A stretch of DNA of 63,839 nt, counting the filler, from Octopus bimaculoides (Eukaryota), in the NCBI RefSeq assembly GCF_001194135.2. It is 6 parts of 6 records of this genome, joined end to end, with 100 filler letters (N's around TTAATTAATTAA, not from the genome) between each part and the next. Parts side by side here need not be neighbours in the genome. Positions count along the whole stretch, not along the records: positions 26,130 to 37,934 come from NC_069000.1; 5 more parts are not named here. One strand, 5' to 3'. A model generated the notes under the pieces. That model was not told where the DNA came from. It did not search any database and was given only the letters and a program-made list of their open reading frames with translations. Made by a program: the position numbers and the translations under genes. Within the stretch, counting starts at the first letter, position 1; each line of letters begins with the position of its first letter. Below are positions 26,130-36,780 of this stretch, piece by piece.

Positions 26130-27901
26130 ATGAGTGAATTTGAAGGGGTACAGAACCAGCATAATGCGGCGAGGGTAAACCAGCATATGTTGTTGGACCC
26201 CGCTGCTGACATTGGGGGGTTGCGTTCTATGCCTTGACGCGAGCATAGAACGGGTCTCGCCTCTTTGAGCAAGGGAAACGAACAGAATGCATGGTGTGTG
26301 TCTTGTGGTTACCTCTTCCTAAAAACATGGGGAATAGACCTGGGTATATATAAAAAAAAAGGTCTAGTCTTTCTCATTCGGAAAATTTTGCTCAGATTGC
26401 TTTCAATTTTGGTGTATTGATGCAACTCTGAATTTTGATTATGATCAACCAATTACTCTATCTTATAAATTAAAGAATCTGATGTTATTTGGAATTAAAG
26501 TTGGGAATTTTATAGACATTTACTACTATCTAATTGACTCATTCTAAAGTTTTGTTTCTTTTTCTTGTGGGTTGTGGGGTACATGTGATAGTATGAAATT
26601 TATGACCAGCAACCAGCTATGAGCTGTCAACTCACTTTGCTCTTTATTTTTAATATAAGCAGTCCTCTAGTCTTAGATTTTTGTTGATGATAAGGAGATA
26701 GATAAATAGGAAATGAATTACAACCCTATGACCTCCACTGTGTTCTGTACCACTCTAAAAATTGTAGTTTTGTTCTCCTCTTAGCTTACAATATTCTTCC
26801 ATCCTTTTACTCTGTTAAAATATTTCAGAAAATTATGTTAATATATCTTGTCGAAAATCCATATTTGTACAGCTGAAGATAGTGCTGTATTTAAATTGAT
26901 GTAATGATTGCATTGTTCAATTAAATGGAGCTGCTTGAAACAGTCGTACTGCATTACTACCTGACATTCTGTTACTTATTTTGATTTTATTCACCTTACT
27001 TCGAGCTGTGCGGATAATACTAGACTGACTTGGTGCTTCAACTTAAGTACCTAATTCAACTGAATCTTAATTACTGAAAGAAAAAGGGGAGACAGTACAT
27101 TTTGTATTCTAAGTATAACTCAAAGAGGAGAAAAAAGAAAGAAAGAGGAAAAAAGAAGGAAAGAGGAAGCAAAAAGACATTCAGTGATGACCACACCGCA
27201 CCTGTGTTTTTTTTTTTTTAAAGAGGCCACCATCCTTAAACTCATTCCAATATAATGGTANNNNNNNNNNNNNNNNNNNNNNNNNNNNNNNNNNNNNNNN
27301 NNNNNNNNNNNNNNNNNNNNNNNNNNNNNNNNNNNNNNNNNNNNNNNNNNNNNNNNNNNNNNNNNNNNNNNNNNNNNNNNNNNNNNNNNNNNNNNNNNNN
27401 NNNNNNNNNNNNNNNNNNNNNNNNNNNNNNNNNNNNNNNNNNNNNNNNNNNNNNNNNNNNNNNNNNNNNNNNNNNNNNNNNNNNNNNNNNNNNNNNNNNN
27501 NNNNNNNNNNNNNNNNNNNNNNNNNNNNNNNNNNNNNNNNNNNNNNNNNNNNNNNNNNNNNNNNNNNNNNNNNNNNNNNNNNNNNNNNNNNNNNNNNNNN
27601 NNNNNNNNNNNNNNNNNNNNNNNNNNNNNNNNNNNNNNNNNNNNNNNNNNNNNNNNNNNNNNNNNNNNNNNNNNNNNNNNNNNNNNNNNNNNNNNNNNNN
27701 NNNNNNNNNNNNNNNNNNNNNNNNNNNNNNNNNNNNNNNNNNNNNNNNNNNNNNNNNNNNNNNNNNNNNNNNNNNNNNNNNNNNNNNNNNNNNNNNNNNN
27801 NNNNNNNNNNNNNNNNNNNNNNNNNNNNNNNNNNNNNNNNNNNNNNNNNNNNNNNNNNNNNNNNNNNNNNNNNNNNNNNNNATATATATATATTAAAAAT
27901 A

Positions 27902-28084
27902 GGGAAGGCTGGTTTATGGGATTACCTTAGGTTTTCTGTCCATAAAGAGTTTAGCCAGGATTTGAAATAAGAATAAATATTGCAAGCATTTCATACAAAA
28001 ATCTAATGATTCTCCAACTACACTGAACCTGCTAGAAATAGCAGCTCAAATCTCCCTAAGGTAATCCCATAAACCAGGCTTCCC
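27902..28084. mobile_element. Small MITE-like inverted repeat (29-bp arms)
   Basis: 27902-27930 'gggaaggctggtttatgggattaccttag' pairs with 28056-28084 with one mismatch. Confidence 0.65.
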
Positions 28085-28167
28085 CATTTTTTATATACAC
28101 TGCTCTACATCTTAGAGTATGCTTCTTCTTTCGGATTTATGCTTTCTACGAACGATATATATACATG

Positions 28168-29043
28168 CAAGGTGCAGTGGGTAAATTGTTGCCATTGTAT
28201 ATTTTTAATTTTGTGCATGAGCATTGTTTTTGATTTTGTTGACTACATAGCATGGTAGTGTCAGTTGGGCACTGTCTGAGAAAAACAGCACCATGACACA
28301 ATTCATTTTGCCAGAAATTTGGTAACAACATGCTGTACTGCTTGGCATTTGCATCGGAAGCTCCAATACAAACATTTCAGAGTGTTTGGGTGTCAATCTG
28401 TTGACTTGCTGTGTGCCCAAAACATGTACTGAGAGTGATAAAAATCAAACATCCAGTCAATGTCATGATGTTTGGAATGATCACTAGTGATGGTGATGTT
28501 ATGCTTCCATTCATCTTCCCACACAAACTCAGACTCAACACGGAAGCCTACATCAAGTGCCTGGAGGATGTAGTGCTGCCCTGGGTGAAGAGGGTAGCTG
28601 CTGGAAGACCATATATCTGGCAACAGGACTCTGCACCATACTACACAAGCAAGACAACCAAGTCATGGCTGTCAGATAATTTCTGTGACCACAACACCCC
28701 TAATATCTGGTTACCTAACTCCCCAGACTGCAACCCCCTTGATTATTATGTGTGGAGCACAGTTGAGTGAGAGACCAACAAAACTCCTTGTAACACCAAA
28801 GATGAACTGAAGACAAGGATTATGGCAGCATTCACCAGCTTAAACAAGAAGAAAGGAGACCATCCAGAAGAGTTGCAGGAGATTCTGAAGTCGTCTGGAG
28901 ATCATGGTTGAAGCCAATGTTGATTTTATTGAATAAATTTACTCTTTAGTATTTCAAGATATTTTTATGTAATTTTGAATATCTGTTAAAAAGAGATGTC
29001 AGTGTTATTTTCATTTAGACAACAGTTTATTTATTGCACCCTG
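28168..29043 (+). mobile_element. Internally deleted Tc1/mariner-superfamily transposon, maT (DD37D) type
   Basis: Catalytic region WQQDSAP..WLPNSPDCNPLDYYVW has 37 residues between the second and third Asp. Imperfect ~26-bp TIRs (CAAGGTGCAGTGGGTAAATTGTTGCC and the reverse complement at 29018-29043); TA follows the right TIR. Confidence 0.88.
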
Positions 29044-29080
<37 letters not shown>

Positions 29081-29090
29081 NNNNNNNNNN

Positions 29091-29120
<30 letters not shown>

Positions 29121-29122
<2 letters not shown>

Positions 29123-29166
29123 TGCCAGCATGGAAAATAGACATTATATGATGATGATGACGACGA
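29121..29166 (+). mobile_element. RTE-type 3' tail fragment with (GAT)n
   Basis: 'catgccagcatggaaaatagacattatatgatgatgatg' matches the reversed tails at 29566 and 30250. Confidence 0.6.
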
Positions 29167-29565
29167 TATATCGTGAATAGATAGGGATATGTGTTGTTAT
29201 AGAAGACCAGTCTACCCACGGAAAAAATGTGATTAAGAAACTGCTATATGTACGTACGTATGTATGTGTGTGTGCATACATGCATATGTGTATGTATGCA
29301 TGTAGGTATATATGTAGTGAATGTAGGGGTAATAGATTCAAGCAGGTACTGTTCAAGCACTCTAGTATAATCCAGGTTCTGGCTAATCATATCAAATGGT
29401 ATGGATAACCTGGGATTATTTAAGATAAACAATCCCAATGTATTTCACCTGATGGATAAATCCTGAGTTCGCTTTGTTAAATTATAAACAATTTACTGAG
29501 TGTATTTCAAAGACAATTCAAATAAATATTAGACATCTACAGTTTTTATTATAGCAGTCATTTAT

Positions 29566-29706
29566 GCATCATCATCATCACCATCAACATTTACTGTCCG
29601 TTGTCCATGCTGGACGGTTTGACTGGAGCTAGGGAGTTGGAAGGCTGGACCAGGATCCAGTTTGGTTTGGCATGGTTTCTATGGCTGGATGCCCTTCCTA
29701 ATGCCA
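29566..29706 (-). mobile_element. RTE-type 3' end, interrupted by a MITE
   Basis: (CAT)n then 'ggctggatgcccttcctaatgcca', homologous to 30250-30380. Confidence 0.65.
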
Positions 29707-29707
29707 G

Positions 29708-30009
29708 TATATTTAATTCAAACCTCTGTCTGACATATGTTTCTGCTGCATGGTTATCTTGTGATGTTTTTATTTGCATCCTGTTTGTTCATATACATCC
29801 AGATTTCATTCAAGTTTAAAATTGTTCTTGCAGCTTTCTTCAATGTGTTGACACTTTTAAAGTTTGCAGCCTCATTTCAAACTTTAATAGTGACAACACC
29901 TTGAGTGAAATATGGATGCAGATAAACAAACAGGATGCAAATGAAAACCACATTGCAAGATAACCATGCATCAGAAACATATGTCAGACAGAGGCTTGAA
30001 TTAAATATA
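29708..30009. mobile_element. MITE with ~107-bp terminal inverted repeats
   Basis: 29708-29814 is the reverse complement of 29900-30009 with a few mismatches; both ends are TA-rich. Confidence 0.85.
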
Positions 30010-30100
30010 TTGTATAAGTTACTCCAATAATAAAACTATGCAGATATATGACTCTCCTTATTTATTTGAATTGTCTTGTATACATACATACATACAAACA

Positions 30101-30132
<32 letters not shown>

Positions 30133-30134
<2 letters not shown>

Positions 30135-30232
30135 CTCTGTTGTTAATGGTAAAATTCCAATGAAGGAGCCTTGAATCTAGATTAGAAACCGATTCTCTAT
30201 TAGCAAGAAATCTTGAAATAAAACTGAATAAT
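30133..30232 (+). mobile_element. Orphan 3' UTR of RLE retrotransposon
   Basis: Matches the reverse complement of 60036-60140 ('aattccaatgaaggagccttg..tcttgaaataaaactgaataat'). Confidence 0.8.
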
Positions 30233-30249
30233 GACATACATATATACAT

Positions 30250-32100
30250 ATCATCATCAACATTTAACATCTGTTTTACATGCTAGCTTGATAGGAACTG
30301 GCAAGGCCAGAGGCTGCACCAAGTTCCATAATCTGTTTTGGCTTGGTTTTTATTGGTGGACGCTCTTCCTAATGCCACCCACTTTACAGAGTGTACTGGG
30401 TGCTTTTTACATGGCACCATCACTAGTGCTTTGTACATGGCACCAGTACCAGTGCTTTTTGTGTGGCACCAGCACCCACACCAATTTTTTTTTCATGGCA
30501 CCTTGATTTTAGGATCTCAATTGTGTTGTGCTGGGCAAATCTTCTCAAGGACAACAATGCACATCATGAATACTCCAATTATGGAATAACCTTCATGAAT
30601 ACCCCAATTAACTATATGGGTGACTAGACTGTATCCAACTCTAGCAGATATCTTAAGAATCTTGGCAGTGGCTCCTGATTGACCAGGGGCCTTCCTTGTC
30701 TTTATAGTTTTAATTGCCTTATCTATTATACTGTTATCAACTAGGATAGCCGGTCCCTCTGTTAGGTTCACATCAGGAAGATACCCATTCCCACACTCAT
30801 TCTCCACATTTAATAGTCTTTTATAGTAGCTCTTCCACACCTCTTTCTTTTCAGGATCACTAAAAGTAAGCATACCATTATCTGTCCATACATACTTCTC
30901 TCCCACATCTTGAATCTCTCTAACACAATATCTGACGCCTTAAGTCATTGCTGTAAGACATTGGCAAACATCTTCCTATCTGCCTCTACTTTAGCTAGAT
31001 ATATCTGACACCTAGCTTCTCTTTTAGCTATCTGATATGGTTCTTTGCTACTCCCATTCTTCCTGTCTTTCCAAACCTATCTTTTTTCTTTTATTGCCCT
31101 GTTGATCTCACTATCTCACCATCATGTTCCCCTTGGTCTGGCAGAAGCTTTGCTCCAGTACAGATTTGGTCTGTTGCCCTCAGTACATTGTCATGTAAGA
31201 ATTTTCAGTTGTCCTCTATATCATATGTCTCTATCTCTACTCTTCATCAAAGGCTTTGTTAAGGACATATCTAAGTCTCTTCCCATTTGAAGGATCCTGG
31301 AGCTTCCAGAGCCTCCTTTTCTATATCATTTTGTGTCTCAAAATCCTTCTGAAGTCACTAACCACTAACATATGTTGAGTGGTACATTCATTCTTCACCT
31401 GGGAAAGACTTTGCATTCATGGGCATATGCCTGTCCTTGATTCTGATGAGGATGAAGTCAATCTGCCTAGTGTGCCCACCAAATTGATAAGTGATCACAA
31501 GGCTGGCAGATTTCCTGAAGTTGGTGTTACAAACCATTAAGTCATTTGTGTCACAGAACACCAGCAGCCTTGTTCACTCCTCATTTCTGCCTCCATGCAC
31601 ACCATGAAAACCATCAGAGTGTTTTCCAACATGGCCATTGAGGTCTCCTGCCATGACGCAAACTTCATTGTCTATTGTCGTCAAGGTAGTCTGCAGAAGG
31701 GATTCATAGAAACAGTCTTGAATATCTCCAAATCCAACATGCGGAGCATATGCAGAGATAAACGTCACTGTTACATTAAACAGGACTAATCTTAGCTTAA
31801 TAATCCTATCACACATCTTGACTATCTCAATCACCATATCCATTGATTTCTTTGCCACAGAATCCATTATTGCTTCCTACCCAGAACTGTCTCTGTTTCT
31901 TGATCATGGGCAGTCTAGCTGAGAATCTTCTCCACCATACCTCTTGCACACAGCACACATCCACATACCACTGCTCAAGCATTTCAACAATCTCACCAGA
32001 CCTACCTTTCATTGTGCTGATGTTGATTGTGACAGCTCTAAGCTTGTAAACCTGAGAATCCTGGGAGGAAAGTTGAGAAGGTGTTTTCAGCATCTGGAAA
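30250..32100 (-). mobile_element. RTE-clade LINE: APE endonuclease and linker joined to the 3' tail, most of the RT deleted
   Basis: TINISTMKGRSGEIVEML..VCCVQEV, CDRIIKLRLVL..ISAYAPHVG..GDLNGHVG..GVHGG and KTRKAPGQSG; (GAT)n tail at 30250. Confidence 0.88.
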
Positions 32101-33194
32101 GATCTAGAAGTAAGATCTCACTATCTGGTGAGAGATAAATATTGTTTAATGTGCACAGTATATAGTTATTAGTTACTAATAGTTTCATACACTGGAGATG
32201 TTTTCTAGGCAGATTTTAATAACAGTCTCCATGAGAATTTGAATATCTTTAACTATATGAGTGATTAAGTCGCAATCATCTGCATAAAGGAGGTCATGAA
32301 TAAGAGATTGAAAAACTTTTGCATTGGCAGAAAATCGATGCAAGTTGAAGAGATAACCATAAGATCAGTACCTTATATCCCAGAAGAGCAAACCATGTCA
32401 AAAGCATGAATGAGAGTAATAGCAAAATACAAGGAAAAGAGAGTTGGGGCAACATCACATTGCTTGATACCATCCTCTACAGGAATGGGTTCCACCACGT
32501 TACCCATGTCTTCATCTCATTGAGATACAAAGTGACTTATCGATACAAAGTGACTCAGACACTAAGTTTGCCAAGTATTTTCTACAGGGAGGCTCTATTC
32601 AATGAAAACCTGGACAAGATTCATAGTCTACCCATATCACCTCTGCATCTATCTTGCAGTGAAAATCATATTCATTGTTCCTTTACTAGAATGGAAGCCA
32701 CATTAAGATTAGATAGGATATCATTTACAAGAGAGTTAAGAAGAATATTTATCAGAACCTTGCCAGAAGTTGTCAGTAGAGCAATATCTCTATGATTGAT
32801 ACACATTATTCTAACTCCCTTCTACCTTTATCAGGTGCTTTACTAAGTTTCAACTTACTTATTGTCGTAACTACCTCATCTACTAAGGGTGTAGAGTGCA
32901 AAGAACTGATGACAGGTGTCATCAATTACTGCATCATCTACAACCAATTCAAGATTTAGTTCAGAAAAATGTTCAATCTAACGACCTATGGTTTCTGTTG
33001 ACTTAATATGTAAGGTTTATACTTTCATGCGGTTATACATGTACCTGCTCAATTAAAATACTGCCTATAGCCAATCTTCATTAGGCAGCTATAGCTATGA
33101 TGTACCTGCTTTTTTAGTTGCAGTTCAAGTGTGCAGGTTGACTTAATAGCAAATCAACTTGAACACTAATTGTATCAATTACCTTAGACTTAAT

Positions 33195-33393
33195 ATTGGT
33201 TTCAAACATTGGTACAAGGCCAGTAATTTTGGGGGAGGGGGTAAGTTGATGACATTGACCCCAGTGTTCAACTGGTACTTATTTTATTGAATCCAAAAGG
33301 ATGAAAGGCAAAGTCAACCTCGATGGAATTTGAACTCAAAACATAAAGATAGGTGAAATGGCACTAAGCATTTTACCTGGCATGCTAATGATT
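33195..33393 (-). mobile_element. SINE family B, CpG-decayed copy (tail of a second copy at 33395-33445)
   Basis: Aligns to 45025-45240 with nearly all CpGs changed to TG or CA. Confidence 0.85.
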
Positions 33394-33548
33394 CTTTTTC
33401 TACTCTAGGCACAAGGCCCGAAATTTTTTGGGGAGGAGATGCGACAAGCAGACTAGCCAAGAGGACAAACTAGTGAAGTGTGCTCTGCTATCAGTCACAG
33501 CGGGAAAAGTAAGAAGAGACAGAACCTCAAGGTTTTTTCCTTTTATAG

Positions 33549-33598
33549 TTTTGCATCGCAAGCCTCGTTGTGAGCTTGCGCATGGCAAATGGATGCAG
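33549..33598 (+). CDS. Candidate 50-bp internal exon of an unidentified host gene
   Basis: Acceptor 'ttttttccttttatag', donor 'CAG|GTGAGA', open in two frames (LHRKPRCELAHGKWMQ or FCIASLVVSLRMANGC). I recognise no homology. Confidence 0.3.
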
Positions 33599-34277
33599 GT
33601 GAGATCTCACTCCAGTCTCAGAGATGGCAATGGCTGCCACGAGATCTTACCCAATATGGCACTGACTGCTTGTGCTGCTACACAGTTTAAGTTTAGGGTT
33701 ATTCAGAGGATTATTAAGAAGAATATTACAACAAAAGGATAGAAATTTATGAATACTTTTGAGTATATACCAAAACTTTTACCACAATAGAGGGAGGAAA
33801 AGAAATTATCCAGAAATAGCTTAATATTTATACATATTGTACACTTAAATACTAACTCATCAGATGGTATCTGTGAATATTGATTAATTGGTATATACTG
33901 GTATTAATGAAGGAGTATTGAGGTAAAAGAACATGCTAATATTAATGAAATTATAATCTAAGCAGTTTTTTTATAAGTAGTGAATATACCAGTATAGTTT
34001 TATATAAGCTAAGTATGAATTTATAAAAGTACAAAAATTAGATTAATTTTATAAATAAATAAAGGCTAATTATAAAATAATAAAGAAATAAAATAAAATA
34101 ATCAAGTAGGACAGAACACCATAGAAAAGGAATAAAATAGCTTAATTACTAATACTATGGTAAAATATATGTAGCTTATTGACACCAATAGAGAAGATTT
34201 ATAGAAAAAGTATAATAATTCAAAATATTACAGAGATGTACTTGCATAGCAAGTGACCTGATCTGAGATCAAGTGCT

Positions 34278-34583
34278 GGAATTCGAACAATTGCAGCGTG
34301 GAAGGTGTTTATAAGCCATTTAAGAAATACACAAAAACTGTTAGATTCACTTCAACATTTAAATTTAACCTGCTAAAATATTTTCGTCGCTTTGAGACCA
34401 CGACCTGTTCGCTGACAAAATTCCATGCTGCAGCACGGAATTTTGTCAGTGAACAGGTCGCAGTCTCAAAGTGACGAAAATATTTTGGCAGATTAAATTT
34501 AAATGTTGAAGTGAATCTAACAGTTTTTGTGTATTTCTTAAATGGCTTATAAACACCTTCCATGCTGCAATTGTTCGAATTCC
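34278..34583. repeat. 306-bp spacer-less palindrome of a pLTR-like unit
   Basis: Arms of 153 bp centred at 34430/34431 (gctg|cagc); the few mismatches fall mostly at CpG sites. Confidence 0.92.
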
Positions 34584-35144
34584 AAATATATTAGACTAAA
34601 AATTATATATTTACTTATTTAGCTAATATCAATAAAAGACAGATGTCTGGTATCAGCTAAAGGAATATTTAAGTTATGGAACATTCATATTTTACACTAA
34701 TCTTTTTTTTAAAAACTAAGGGTTATATTTATAGGTTTAAAAAGTTATTATTGTTACTCCCTACATGATATTTATAGTTTCTTAGTGGTACTTGTTTAGA
34801 AGGGTTATTTATATAAAGGCCGTTATAAAATACTAAGATCAGGAGGGTAGAGCCATTTAAGAAAGGGATAAATCAAGTAATTTCTAAAGATCATTTCAAA
34901 CAATATTGTCTTAGTGTATAAAGTTAAAATTTAGGGTAATCAAGAAGATTATTAAGAATGAAATTTTAACAAAAGGATGAAACATCTTTGAATATTTTGA
35001 GTATAAACCAAATTTTTTTACCACAATAGAGGGAGGAAAAGAAAATAGCAAAGAAATAGTTTAATATTTATTTACTTATTACTTATCTAAATATTAACTT
35101 ATTATATGGTTTCTATGCAGATTGATCAATTGGATTTAACTGGT

Positions 35145-35418
35145 ATTTAATAAGGGAGCAACTGAGGTTAAAGAACATGTTAACTATATACTGATTTAAT
35201 TAAATTGAACTATTTTAAGTTGTCGAGATACTGGGATTACCTTATATAAGCTGAGTATGAATTAATAGAGGTAATAAATCTAATCTTTGTACCCCTATTA
35301 ATTCATACTCAGCTTATATAAGGTAATCCCAGTATCTCGACAACTTAAAATAGTTCAATTTAATTAAATCAGTATATAGTTAACATGTTCTTTAACCTCA
35401 GTTGCTCCCTTATTAAAT
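35145..35418. repeat. Perfect hairpin, 124-bp arms, running into a gap
   Basis: 35145-35268 is the exact reverse complement of 35295-35418. Confidence 0.9.
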
Positions 35419-35563
35419 NNNNNNNNNNNNNNNNNNNNNNNNNNNNNNNNNNNNNNNNNNNNNNNNNNNNNNNNNNNNNNNNNNNNNNNNNNNNNNNNNN
35501 NNNNNNNNNNNNNNNNNNNNNNNNNNNNNNNNNNNNNNNNNNNNNNNNNNNNNNNNNNNNNNN

Positions 35564-36400
35564 NGGGGGTAAAGTGTTTGTTTATTAATCTTAGGAAAAG
35601 TCTACTTACAGGCATTACAGTATTAAGGGAGGTGAGGGATCAAATTGTATTTCTGCAATGTTTCTTTCTGCCGGGCTTGGGTTCTGGCATATAGGAGATG
35701 CGGTCCTTGAACCTGCTGGTGGCTAGGGACTTGTTATAGTATGGGGCTGCTGCGTCAAAGGCCTCTTGGTTAGAGGAAAGGCTTGAAATCCTCTTACTAA
35801 CACCCTTTACCAGGTTATTGAACATGATAGGTGGGTGGCATGAGGCTGTGTTGATGTATGTTAGCCTCTCATTTGGTTTGCGGTAGGGCCTGTAGGTATC
35901 GACGCCAAGTCCAGTGTGATATCTAAAAAGTCCGCTCTGGTGAGGTTGATCTCTATGGTGATCTTCAATCCCATGGAGCCAAGTATGCTGATTAAGTCCT
36001 TCCTAAGCCTATCTAGTGTGTGGCTACTCGCTTCCCTACAGATGGCCAGGGCATCATCCCTGTAGAGGCCAAAGAGGACAGAGGAGAATTCTTTTTCTAA
36101 GGGTATCCAGGATGTATAATCCTATAAGGTCGCACATGTCAGCACTGTTGTAGGCTCTTATCACTACGTCAAAGGAGCCCATAGGGTCGGATTGCTTGAC
36201 CCATGCTGAACGATTTTTTCCACTACCTGGCCAGAGTTTTTCGTGGTATCCATGTGGTCTCCACCAAATAGCTGACTAGCGCAGCACTTATACATTTTTA
36301 CAGAGGCCACAAGCCCCTTAAATATGGAATGATTCAACCTTGGATACTCCACTAAAAACATCCTCACGCCGTCCAATGAATTATACCTGAGAAAATTATG
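35564..36400 (-). mobile_element. Penelope-like reverse transcriptase relic
   Basis: FDVVIRAYNSADMCDLIG, GLYRDDALA, DFLDITLDL, YRPYRKPN..YINTASCHPP and KRISSLSSN..FDAAAPYYN..LFLRLINKHF. Confidence 0.9.
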
Positions 36401-36780
36401 GACAACAACAGTGGCAGGGGTAACATTACTGACAGTGGCAGCAGCAGTAGCAGCAACAGTGACGGCAGCAGCAGCAGCAATGGCAGCAACATCAACATTG
36501 GCAGGCTTAATGCACCAACGCATGCACCACCGGCAACACACGAGGAGGCAGTAACACTATCGACGCAACCACCACATCCAGTGGGCATCACCACCAACAG
36601 CCCCAGTATCACCAGAATCAACACCATTGGCAGCAGCAGCAACAACAGCGGTACCAACAGCAGCAACAACATCAACAACTACAACTGCAACAGCAACAAC
36701 AACAGCAACAACAACAACACTGACTGTAGTAGCGGTAGCAGCAACAACAACAGCAATAGTAGGCATAACACCAACTCCAT
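36400..36780. repeat. Imperfect (CAG/CAA)n low-complexity tract
   Basis: Visible in sequence; source of several ORFs in the track. Confidence 0.9.

Noticed and set aside
26205-26260. U4atac snRNA resemblance (ggggttgcg)
   Set aside because: Only about 9 nt match and the rest of the snRNA is absent.
32406-32795. 129-aa ORF
   Set aside because: No recognisable motif, and the length is within chance expectation.
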